From Okeania sp. (GTDB lineage: Bacteria > Cyanobacteriota > Cyanobacteriia > Cyanobacteriales > Microcoleaceae), in the NCBI RefSeq assembly GCF_035285525.1, contig NZ_JAYKGW010000228.1, positions 1 to 16,336 on the forward strand: a DNA stretch of 16,336 bases, written 5' to 3'. Shown in pieces: positions 1 through 7,404 of the stretch. Below the pieces are notes generated by a model. That model saw only the letters and a list, made by a program, of their open reading frames with translations, had not been told where the DNA came from and did not search any database. A program made the translations under genes and the position numbers. Positions within the stretch are counted from its first letter, which is position 1. Every line of letters starts with the position of its first letter.

Positions 1-594
1 CAAAGTCTGGAGAAATATTGATTTTCAGTTCATCGTTATCAATAGTGAAAGCTGTGTTATCAGTGTCTCCCTCACCTGATACTAATTTATAACTAAAGGT
101 ATCTCCTGCATCGGGGTCGATAGTTGAAAATTTGCCAACCACAGTATTTGCTGGTACATTTTCGTCGATGTTGTTGTTGTCAAGTTCGATATCGGTGGGT
201 GTTTCGTTCACATCGTTAACATTAATAGTGAACTCCTCTTCATAAGTTTCTTCTCCATCGGTAGCCTGAACTCGGATATCATAACTAGACTGAGTTTCAA
301 AGTCTGGAGAAATATTGATTTTTAGGTCATTATCATCAATAGTGAAAGCTGTATTGTCTGTATCGCCCTCACCAGATACTAATGTGTAAGTAAAATCTCC
401 ATTGTCAGGGTCGGTAGTAGCCAATGTACCGACTACAGTGTTATCTGCCTCGTTTTCATCAATATTGTCATTAGTGAGTGTAATATCAATATCAATGGGA
501 GTAATGTTTAATGCAGATAGAGCATTTAAACGACCACCTGTTAGGGTTTTTCCAGCTAGTGCTGAAATCGGATCGGTACTCTCAAGAATGATTT
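1..594. repeat. Two tandem ~297-bp (99-codon) intragenic units encoding cadherin-like repeats
   Basis: caaagtctggagaaatattgatttt at position 1 recurs at 298. Both translated units read ...IDENxxxNTVVGxxxTxDPDxGDxFxYxLVSGEGDTDNTAFTIDxxxLKINISPDF. Confidence 0.85.
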
Positions 595-2218
595 CCTTAA
601 CCTCTTGATAACTCAAGTTTGGATTTTCGGCTAACACTAAAGCTGCAACTCCTGATACATGAGGAGTTGCCATAGAAGTACCATTGTATGAAGCATAACC
701 TCCTCCTGGTATAGTGCTATAAATACTTGAACCAGGCGCACCTAAATCTACTGATGTTGCTCCGATATTGGAGAAATAAGATAAATTATCGTTGTGGTCT
801 GTAGAAGCAACTGAAATAATATTGTCTAAGTCATAGCTAGCTGGGTAACTTGGAAATATATCATTATTATTGCCATAATCATTACCTGCTGCTGCAATAA
901 ATAAAGAACCTGCTGCACCTGCTGCTGCAATCGCATCATACAATGCTTGAGAATAGCCTCCTCCTCCCCAACTGTTATTGGTTAAGTCTGCTCCCATCAT
1001 TGTTGCATATTCTATTGCCAGAATGGCGTCGGATGTATAGCCAGAGCCACGATCATTTAGGAACTTGAGCGCCATCAAATCAACATTCCAATTCACCCCT
1101 GTTATTCCTATGTCATTGTCACCCTTTGCTCCAATAGTTCCCGCAACGTGAGTCCCGTGACCATTACCATCAAATGGATCGTTGTCATCATAGGCAAAGT
1201 CATAACCATACACATCGTCTACATAGCCATTGCCGTCGTCATCAATGTTGTTATCTGGGATTTCACCAGGATTAGTCCACATATTGTTAACCAAGTCTGG
1301 GTGAGTGTAGTCGATACCTGTATCAATGACTCCCACTACTACATCGTTACTTCCAGTTTGAATATCCCAAGCTTCTGGCGCATCAATATCAGCATCAGAA
1401 GTTCCTCCGCTTTGTCCAGTGTTATTCAGTCCCCATAATTGATCAAAACTAGGGTCGTTGGGAACTGTGGAATCAACGGTAATAACATAGTTGGGTTCTA
1501 TGTATTCTAGTAGACGGTTGTCTTCATTCTCACGAATGAAATCTTCTACATCCCCCGAAATAGTCCACAACTCAATACCTAGCTCTGTGTTGATTGTATT
1601 GATTCTGGTTACTCCAAGTTTATTTTGGAGTCGGTTGAGAGAACGAACCCTAGCATTTTCAAGAGGTTTAACGATTACCTGTCCTGATGCAAAGGTAGTT
1701 TCCAGCTCTAAGTCGAAGACACCACTATAGGTTCCCATTACTTCTGTTTGTAAAGCAGGTGGAACGTTAACTTTACCTGTATTTACTTCTAAATCCCAAT
1801 TACCACCTTTAACTGCTGCCCCTGTACGAGACTTAGAAGCAGCAATATTTGCTCCTGTCAGATTTTGCAATTTACCGATAAACTCTTCGCCTGCATCCCC
1901 TGAAGCTACATGACAACCATAAAGCAGAAGGTTCTCAATATCCCAGTTTTGGAGTTGAGGTATGTAATGTTTAAGGGTATCCAAACTCAATTCCGTATTG
2001 CCCAGGTACAGACAACCAGGGGCACCGTGGGAGATAATATGAACTGTTTTTTGTCCAGGATATTGTTGTAAAATTTGGTCTATTTGTTGGATACCATCGT
2101 TAGCAGTATTGATAATAAAAGGTCTAGCTTCCGCAACCACACCATCAAACAACTGTTGATAGTGGTTTACTCCAGAATCAATAAAAACTAGAATAGGATT
2201 TGTGGTGGGGTTTTTCAT
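1..2218 (-). CDS. Partial large exoprotein: DUF4347-like N-domain + I9-like propeptide + subtilisin (peptidase S8) + cadherin-like repeats; C-terminus lies beyond the window
   Basis: Not in the supplied ORF track (open at window edge). Manual reverse translation from ATG at 2218-2216 gives 739 codons with no stop. N-terminus reads MKNPTTNPILVFIDSGVNHYQQLFDGV...KTVHIISHGAPGCLYLGNTELSL...LLLYGCHVASGDAGEEFIGKLQNLTGANIAAS...GGNWDLE (DUF4347-type signature). S8 triad motifs follow: VVVGVIDTGID (Asp codon about 1322-1324), GNGHGTHVAG and GTSMATPHVSG. Two ~99-aa repeats then join at NVNDVNETPTDI. Confidence 0.9.
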   Translation of the reverse strand, partial: MKNPTTNPILVFIDSGVNHYQQLFDGVVAEARPFIINTANDGIQQIDQILQQYPGQKTVHIISHGAPGCLYLGNTELSLDTLKHYIPQLQNWDIENLLLYGCHVASGDAGEEFIGKLQNLTGANIAASKSRTGAAVKGGNWDLEVNTGKVNVPPALQTEVMGTYSGVFDLELETTFASGQVIVKPLENARVRSLNRLQNKLGVTRINTINTELGIELWTISGDVEDFIRENEDNRLLEYIEPNYVITVDSTVPNDPSFDQLWGLNNTGQSGGTSDADIDAPEAWDIQTGSNDVVVGVIDTGIDYTHPDLVNNMWTNPGEIPDNNIDDDGNGYVDDVYGYDFAYDDNDPFDGNGHGTHVAGTIGAKGDNDIGITGVNWNVDLMALKFLNDRGSGYTSDAILAIEYATMMGADLTNNSWGGGGYSQALYDAIAAAGAAGSLFIAAAGNDYGNNNDIFPSYPASYDLDNIISVASTDHNDNLSYFSNIGATSVDLGAPGSSIYSTIPGGGYASYNGTSMATPHVSGVAALVLAENPNLSYQEVKEIILESTDPISALAGKTLTGGRLNALSALNITPIDIDITLTNDNIDENEADNTVVGTLATTDPDNGDFTYTLVSGEGDTDNTAFTIDDNDLKINISPDFETQSSYDIRVQATDGEETYEEEFTINVNDVNETPTDIELDNNNIDENVPANTVVGKFSTIDPDAGDTFSYKLVSGEGDTDNTAFTIDNDELKINISPDF

Positions 2219-2379
2219 GTTCTACTTCCAAATTGTTGTTTATCTTTTCCTTGTATGAATACATAATGACGTTGTACAATCAGGAAAATTTTGAAAAAAA
2301 ACAATTGGAATATGTCAGGAAAAATTTAAGCACTGTAGACCAAAATTGTTGGCCTCAGTATTTTCCCTGAATACTGTTT

Positions 2380-2901
2380 TCAAGAAATCTCAGTATTTAC
2401 CCCTTCTTTTTTCTTCGTTCTTTCTTCTTTTTCATTACTTCTTTCTTCTTCGTTGATTTTGATATTATTTTTGATCAATTTACTCTTTAACTGATATCTA
2501 ACGGTAGCGTAAATTGCTTTATAAGAAACATTGACATTGCATTCTTCTTGCAACCATGTTTGAATTTCTCCATAACTTTCAAAACTGTTATCAGGATCAT
2601 TTAGTCGTTTTTCTAATTGAGCGCGCGCTTCTGCTGGAATGGCTGGTTTGCGCCCTCCATTCTGTTTGACTTGCAATAATCCTTGAATTCCTTCTCGGCG
2701 ATATTGTTTCAACCACCGTTGCACTGTGATCCGATTCACTGCTAAAATAACTGCTAATTCTGTAACAGTTCCTACTTGACCAATTTTTAATAAGTACAAT
2801 GCTTGAATCTTCTGAAAACCACTGGCGGTTTTTTGATGATTTAATAACTTTTTCAGCTCTAAAGCTGTTTCTGTGATTTCTATTTTATATACGCCAGCCA
2901 T
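2380..2901 (-). CDS. IS630-family transposase N-terminal helix-turn-helix fragment (DDE catalytic domain absent)
   Basis: The 173-aa ORF contains ...KIQALYLLKIGQVGTVTELAVILAVNRITVQRWLKQYRREGIQGLL...GGRKPAIP...SFESYGEIQTWLQEE...YKAIYATVRYQLKSKL. This matches the HTH/winged-helix N-terminus typical of cyanobacterial IS630 transposases. It ends in a K/E-rich tail instead of continuing into a DDE domain, and only ~160 bp separate it from the next gene. Confidence 0.8.
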   Translation of the reverse strand: MAGVYKIEITETALELKKLLNHQKTASGFQKIQALYLLKIGQVGTVTELAVILAVNRITVQRWLKQYRREGIQGLLQVKQNGGRKPAIPAEARAQLEKRLNDPDNSFESYGEIQTWLQEECNVNVSYKAIYATVRYQLKSKLIKNNIKINEEERSNEKEERTKKKEGVNTEIS

Positions 2902-2947
2902 ATTTATTTTCCTTGATACTATTTTTTTGCATTAGGAAATCAAATTC

Positions 2948-3225
2948 CGTAGGGGCGGGTTTTACAAGTGAGTTAAAGGTTTTCACATTGATTTAGATAA
3001 ACTCCCCCTACATAATCTGGGGGCGGGTTTATCTAAATCTTAGATTAGCCATCCAAATTTCTGCTCAAACCTGCCCCTACATAATCTGGGGGCGGGTTTA
3101 TCTAAATCTTAGATTAGCCATCCAAATTTCTGCTCAAACCCGCTCCTACATAATCTGGGGGCGGGTTTATCTAAAATCTTAGATTAGCCATCCAAATTTC
3201 TGCTCAAACCCGCCCTTACATAACT
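2948..3225. repeat. Tandem array of three 69/70-bp hairpin-containing units (3008-3076, 3077-3145, 3146-3215) plus a degenerate inverted partial copy on the left flank
   Basis: The unit is ctacataatctgggggcgggtttatctaaatcttagattagccatccaaatttctgctcaaacc(c/t)gc(c/t)c, and the copies differ by 1-3 nt. Each unit carries the inverted pair GGGGCGGGTTT / AAACCCGCCCC. Segment 2986-3007 (gatttagataaactcccc) is the reverse complement of the unit start. Confidence 0.9.
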
Positions 3226-3229
3226 ATAA

Positions 3230-4765
3230 TTAAGAATTTCCACTTCCTAAAATATACAAACTTAACAATGTTCCACTATTCCATAAACTGTGCAAAAACA
3301 TAGAAGATAAAAGATTACGAGACCTGCTATAAACTACTCCTAAAATTATTCCTAAAACTGCTAAAGGTAACACTTCAGAAATATTCAAATGAGCTACGGC
3401 AAACAAAAAACCACTGGCTATAATTGCTTTCCAAGTAGACATATATTTTGTCAAAGAAGGTAATAAAAATCCGCGAAACATAACCTCTTCAAAAACTGGT
3501 GCTGCAATCGAAGCAGTAATAAAAAATAGAGCTAAAGCTATACCATCTTGCCCATTTAAAGCAATAGGTAAAATCGGATTACTACCACCTTGACCTTGCC
3601 ATAATTGTTGATTAATTAGAGATATTAAAATTACCATTGGCAGAGCTACAAAATAACCACCTAAACCCCAGAAAAACCAACCTCCTCGTAAGTCAAATTT
3701 AAACCAACCTTCTGGTAAGGGAAAAAATGATTTTATTGATAAATACAATACTAATAAACCACCGAGAGAAAACAAAATATAAGCACCAAGAATATATCCT
3801 GCCTGCACTCGAACTCCCATAATTGCAGGTTGCCAATTTGTGAAACTTTTAAAAATTTCTAATCCTAAAGGAACAATAATTTGTCCGACTAAGAAAAAAC
3901 CCACAATAAATACTTGTAGAATTGTTTCACCATCCCAAGTTACTTCCCAAGTTGAATCGGCATTTTTTAATAATAAAGATTCTTTACCAGAAATTAACGA
4001 TTGCACTCCTAAAAATATTAGTAATCCTACTCCGAATACTAATCCTATTCCTGGAACACCAGCCACAATAGCTAACTTTAATACTGCTTGTTCAGCTATT
4101 CCTTGTTCCTGGTTTTGTAGTTCAGTTAATTCTGCTTTCCTTTCTTGTAATTTATATAATTCTTTTAATGCCCGAAAACGAAACCATCCATCTAAATTTT
4201 GTTTTATTAAAGATTCTGCATTAGGCAAAATTTTAGCTGGCTTATCCCAAATTTCTGTTAAAACTTTTGCTGTTTCTTCTAAAGATTGATTTACTGTTTC
4301 TGTCTCAATTAAATTTTGCCAACTTTGCCTAGCTGCATCTATTTGATTTTTTTGTACTTGCAAAATCCCAATATTAATATCAAATTCATTAATTAGACTT
4401 TTTAATTCGTTGATATTTTGATTTAATTGTTGAGTTTGTGCTGTTGTCGGATTATCTGAAGATAAAACTTGTAATTCCTTCTCTTGTTTTTCTAATTGTT
4501 TTTGAGCAGCAGATCGAGCATCTTGGTATTGTATTAAACCAGTTTGATAAGAGTCATTCCCAATCAAAGCTTCGCTAGCTACATTAAAATTTTTACTATC
4601 TAAATCTTCAGGTTCCCATTCCCCAGCGTGCAATAATAAATTTGTCTGATATAACTCCAGACGACCTTGAATTTGTGGTTGACTTACACTACTAATTAAA
4701 GAAAAGCCAAGAAAAGTGATCGCTAAAATAGTTAGAATACTTAAAATTATTTTTTTGATTTTCAT
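3230..4765 (-). CDS. CPBP family intramembrane glutamic endopeptidase (CAAX/Abi-type) with N-terminal signal anchor and long Q/E-rich coiled-coil domain
   Basis: 511-aa ORF. The C-terminal multi-TM half carries the CPBP motifs EEVMFRGFL, FLFAVAHL and HSLWN. The N-terminus MKIKKIILSILTILAITFLGF is a membrane anchor. Confidence 0.85.
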   Translation of the reverse strand: MKIKKIILSILTILAITFLGFSLISSVSQPQIQGRLELYQTNLLLHAGEWEPEDLDSKNFNVASEALIGNDSYQTGLIQYQDARSAAQKQLEKQEKELQVLSSDNPTTAQTQQLNQNINELKSLINEFDINIGILQVQKNQIDAARQSWQNLIETETVNQSLEETAKVLTEIWDKPAKILPNAESLIKQNLDGWFRFRALKELYKLQERKAELTELQNQEQGIAEQAVLKLAIVAGVPGIGLVFGVGLLIFLGVQSLISGKESLLLKNADSTWEVTWDGETILQVFIVGFFLVGQIIVPLGLEIFKSFTNWQPAIMGVRVQAGYILGAYILFSLGGLLVLYLSIKSFFPLPEGWFKFDLRGGWFFWGLGGYFVALPMVILISLINQQLWQGQGGSNPILPIALNGQDGIALALFFITASIAAPVFEEVMFRGFLLPSLTKYMSTWKAIIASGFLFAVAHLNISEVLPLAVLGIILGVVYSRSRNLLSSMFLHSLWNSGTLLSLYILGSGNS

Positions 4766-4833
4766 TAAATTTTTCCCACATTAAATACTATTCAAATTAC
4801 TGTAGTGTAGCGTGAAATAATTCTCTTTTTAGG

Positions 4834-4861
4834 GAACAGGGAATAGGCAATAGGCAACAGG
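4834..4861. repeat. Heptamer tandem repeat (STRR-like), 4 units
   Basis: gaacagg gaatagg caatagg caacagg, read directly. Confidence 0.85.
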
Positions 4862-4935
4862 TGGGAGTTACAGTTTTTTTACTTACTTTTTGATTTGTTA
4901 CAACCTATTTTAGGATGGCTATATACTAAACAATC

Positions 4936-4968
4936 ACTTTTGACTTTTGACTTTTGACTTTTGACTTG
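4936..4968. repeat. Heptamer tandem repeat ACTTTTG x4 plus a partial unit
   Basis: acttttg acttttg acttttg acttttg acttg, in the divergent intergenic region between 4765 and 5038. Confidence 0.9.
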
Positions 4969-5037
4969 AAAAACTTCTTCCTTCTAGTGTAAAATTCTCT
5001 TTGTTCCAAAATTCCCAACCAACCATCTAAATTATCA

Positions 5038-6396
5038 ATGAGTACCCGTGTAATTCTTGTGCGCCATGGCCAAAGTACCTTTAATGTAGAAAGTCGTATC
5101 CAAGGTCGTCTTGATGCTTCAGTTCTGACAGAGAGAGGCCAAAATACTGCTCGTCAAGTAGGTGCAGCTCTGCAAAACTTAAAATTTGACGCTATTTACA
5201 GTAGTCCCCTACAGAGAGCAAAACAAACAGCAGAAATTATTCACTCCTGTTTAGACTCTCCTCCCAAACTCGAAATCCAAGAAAACTTAAGAGAAATTGA
5301 TCTACCTTTGTGGGAAGGAATGTTGCGTGACGAAGTAATAGAGAAATATCCAGAAAATTATAAATTCTGGAAAAGCCATCCCCACGAATTTTATATGGAA
5401 ATTTCAACACCAGAGGGTAAAACTAAACATTATCCTGTATTATCTCTATTTAAGCAAGCAAATCAATTTTGGTCAGAGGTTTTGACCACCCATATTGGTA
5501 AGACCATTCTTGTTGTGGCGCATAACGCTATTAATCGGTGTCTTATATCCAGAGCTTTGGGAATAGAACCATGTTATTACCAATCCATTCAACAGTCTAA
5601 TTGTGGCATTAATATATTGAATTTTACTCCTCCTTATCCCACTTTTTCTGAAGAACAAGAACCAAGAGGAACTGTACAATTAGAATCAATGAATCTGACT
5701 ACTCAGATTGGTGAAAAATTTCCCAAACCGAGAAGAAACCATCAAGGTCCCCGGTTATTACTCGTGCGTCATGGCGAGACTAACTGGAACCGAGATGGTA
5801 AATTTCAGGGACAAATTGATGTACCACTTAATGATAATGGTCGGGCACAAGCTGGTCAAGCTGCGGAGTTTCTCAAGGATGTACATCTAGATTTTGCGGT
5901 GAGTAGTTCGATGTTACGTCCGAAAGAAACAGCAGAGATTATTTTGCAGGATCACCCAGATGTAGAGTTAAAATTATATGATGGTTTATGGGAAATTAGT
6001 CATGGTCTCTGGGAAGGAAAATTTGAGTCAGAAATTGAAGACGGTTTTCCTGGGATGTTGCAGCAGTGGAAAGAATTTCCAGCAACAGTACAAATGCCAG
6101 AGGGAGAAAATTTACAGCAAGTTTGGGAAAGAGCGATGGTTACTTGGAATGAGATTGTGAGGTCTGTTTCTGGTGTTGGTATTGTAGTTGCCCATGATGC
6201 TATTAATAAGGCTATTCTTTGTCAATTATTTGGTTTGGAACCGGAACATTTCTGGAATTTTAAGCAGGGGAATGGAGCAGTGAGTGTTATTGATTATCCT
6301 CAAGGTCCAGATGGACTTCCGGTATTGGAGGCGATGAATATTACTTCTCATTTGTCTGGGGGGATTTTGGATACAACTGCTGCTGGAGCATTGTAG
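5038..6396 (+). CDS. Tandem (two-domain) histidine phosphatase / phosphoglycerate-mutase-family protein
   Basis: 452-aa ORF with two RHG catalytic motifs (VILVRHGQSTFN near the N-terminus and LLLVRHGETNWN mid-protein). Each is followed by its own VVAHN / VVAHD histidine motif. Confidence 0.9.
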   Translation: MSTRVILVRHGQSTFNVESRIQGRLDASVLTERGQNTARQVGAALQNLKFDAIYSSPLQRAKQTAEIIHSCLDSPPKLEIQENLREIDLPLWEGMLRDEVIEKYPENYKFWKSHPHEFYMEISTPEGKTKHYPVLSLFKQANQFWSEVLTTHIGKTILVVAHNAINRCLISRALGIEPCYYQSIQQSNCGINILNFTPPYPTFSEEQEPRGTVQLESMNLTTQIGEKFPKPRRNHQGPRLLLVRHGETNWNRDGKFQGQIDVPLNDNGRAQAGQAAEFLKDVHLDFAVSSSMLRPKETAEIILQDHPDVELKLYDGLWEISHGLWEGKFESEIEDGFPGMLQQWKEFPATVQMPEGENLQQVWERAMVTWNEIVRSVSGVGIVVAHDAINKAILCQLFGLEPEHFWNFKQGNGAVSVIDYPQGPDGLPVLEAMNITSHLSGGILDTTAAGAL

Positions 6397-6415
6397 GGGT
6401 TTGGTCTCCAAACCC
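6397..6415. repeat. Dispersed hairpin element GGGTTTGG-tct-CCAAACCC abutting the stop codon of the phosphatase gene
   Basis: Perfect 8-bp GC-rich stem. The same 20-mer gggtttggtctccaaaccc(c) recurs at 9870-9889. Context gtagggg... matches the GTAGGGG...CCCCTAC family. No T-run follows, so it is not called a classical terminator. Confidence 0.7.
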
Positions 6416-6434
6416 AAGTAGTGGATTGTTTTTA

Positions 6435-6497
6435 GACAAGGAAGACAAGGGAGACAAGGAGGACAAGGAGGACAAGGGAGACAAGGAAGATAAGGTA
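6435..6497. repeat. Nonamer tandem repeat GACAAGGRR x7
   Basis: gacaaggaa gacaaggga gacaaggag gacaaggag gacaaggga gacaaggaa gataaggta. Confidence 0.9.
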
Positions 6498-6527
6498 GCA
6501 AATCTAATACACTGTTTTAGATGAAAT

Positions 6528-6637
6528 AGTCCAGTAGGGTGCGTTCATGAAATGTAACGCACCGAATATTATATTTTCGTACTGGCGCTTTTGACTTCAT
6601 CGGTGCGTTACGCTCTCCTAACACACCCTACTAGACT
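6528..6637. mobile_element. Compound palindromic SDR/MITE-like element (~110 bp)
   Basis: The outer inverted repeat is agtccagtagggtg (6528-6541) against caccctactagact (6624-6637), matching 13/14. The inner perfect 12-bp inverted repeat is gtaacgcaccga / tcggtgcgttac. Each arm is itself a hairpin of ggtgcgtt-N10-aac(g/a)cacc. There is no coding capacity. Confidence 0.5.
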
Positions 6638-6672
6638 TTTGATTTATTATTTCTGACTTTTGATTTCATGAC

Positions 6673-6730
6673 TGCGTTAGACGGTTAAAATTTAGAGTGT
6701 GAAAATAATTTAACAATCCGTCCTAACGCA
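6673..6730. repeat. Hairpin of the same GCGTTA...TAACGCA(CC) motif family
   Basis: tgcgttagacgg (6673-6684) pairs with ccgtcctaacgca (6718-6730) with one bulge. The loop is about 33 nt. Confidence 0.5.
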
Positions 6731-6856
6731 CCATTTTAAATATGTTGGTCTACTACTGGTCAAAGGTCTGTTACTACTGAACTACTTCATTATGCTTTGC
6801 AGATACTAAAATGGGGTTGATATTTTCCTATATCATAGGATGAAGAGAATAATATA

Positions 6857-7192
6857 ATGATTTTCGAAAGCCACTATCTTCTTATGTTTCTGCTTGTGAT
6901 GAGTAGTGTTCCTAATCTCATAATACATAACCCTGCTAGCGCTCAAACAATTCATCGTTGCGAAGAATATAGAAGAACCAACGTAGGTACATATTATGAC
7001 GTGATGCCAAATATTCCGGGTTCTTCTGGAGGGTTCTTTAATCCTGGAATATCGTTGGCAACCTGTCATGTTCCAGTTATCGGTAGAAAATGTTTTTACT
7101 GGGAATCAAGTGAAGAACAATGGCGCCCTTGTGGTCAAGATTATCAACATTTAGACCCTAATGATCCCGATAACATTGCAGTGGAGTTATGA
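6857..7192 (+). CDS. Hypothetical small protein, possibly secreted, with 4 Cys
   Basis: 111-aa ORF with ATG at 6857. The hydrophobic N-terminus ends ...NPASA-QT (signal-peptidase-like site) but has no basic n-region. The mature part has 4 Cys and G/P-rich loops. No family recognised. Confidence 0.45.
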   Translation: MIFESHYLLMFLLVMSSVPNLIIHNPASAQTIHRCEEYRRTNVGTYYDVMPNIPGSSGGFFNPGISLATCHVPVIGRKCFYWESSEEQWRPCGQDYQHLDPNDPDNIAVEL

Positions 7193-7290
7193 TGGTGGAG
7201 CAGTGGAGCACAATGGAAAAAAATATCATGCATTTATCCCTAAAGCAAAATTTTACTTTGATTGACAATTATGAAAAAATCCAGGCTTAG

Positions 7291-7315
7291 GTTGGGTTGA
7301 GGAACGAAACCCAAC
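7291..7315. repeat. Short dispersed-repeat-type hairpin GTTGGGTT-N9-AACCCAAC
   Basis: Perfect 8-bp stem flanked by ttag/attag. A related ctacccaacctac lies at about 7370. It overlaps the 5' extension of ORF 7327, which argues against that extension being coding. Confidence 0.5.
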
Positions 7316-7404
7316 ATTAGCAAGGTTTGGTTCGGTTTCACTATCGTACTGCTACGCACCAAGCAAGCTACTACCCAACCTACATTCTTCTGACTTCTAT
7401 AATA

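Noticed and set aside
402-1730. Plus-strand ORFs 402..608, 1148..1438 and 1491..1730
   Set aside because: All lie antisense inside the well-supported 739-codon S8 protease frame. They have low-complexity S/V/I-rich translations and no motifs.
2356-2380. Hairpin cagtatt-ttccctg-aatactg followed by TTTT, as a terminator
   Set aside because: The U-run follows the hairpin only on the plus strand, where no gene ends. On the minus strand, downstream of the HTH ORF stop, no U-run follows. This is too weak to call.
3008-3215. Possible CRISPR array (regular ~69-bp periodicity)
   Set aside because: The entire 69-bp unit is repeated, so the would-be spacers are identical. There are only three units and no cas genes, which makes this a tandem repeat and not CRISPR.
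3840-4289. 149-aa plus-strand ORF
   Set aside because: It is antisense to the CPBP protease gene, whose motifs and TM pattern are convincing. This is a shadow ORF of an AT-rich gene.
5473-6160. ORFs 5473..5679(-), 5708..5890(+) and 5978..6160(+)
   Set aside because: They are alternative-frame or antisense ORFs within the tandem histidine phosphatase CDS, with no independent support.
6226-6501. 91-aa minus-strand ORF beginning MLPYLPCLPCPPCPPCLPCLPCL
   Set aside because: The Cys/Pro-rich N-terminus is just the translation of the GACAAGGRR nonamer array. The rest overlaps the 3' end of the phosphatase gene antisense.
6833-7069. 78-aa minus-strand ORF
   Set aside because: It overlaps the somewhat better-supported plus-strand ORF 6857..7192 antisense and has no features of its own.
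7327-7404. N-terminal extension (TTG start) of the DHOase-like ORF
   Set aside because: The extension (MVRFHYRTATHQASYYPTYILLTSII) is not DHOase-like and its surroundings are SDR-type repeat sequence: the hairpin ends at 7315 just upstream, and ctacccaacctac at ~7370 lies within the extension. The ATG at 7405 gives the canonical N-terminus (MNSKLLQQVRILDP...).
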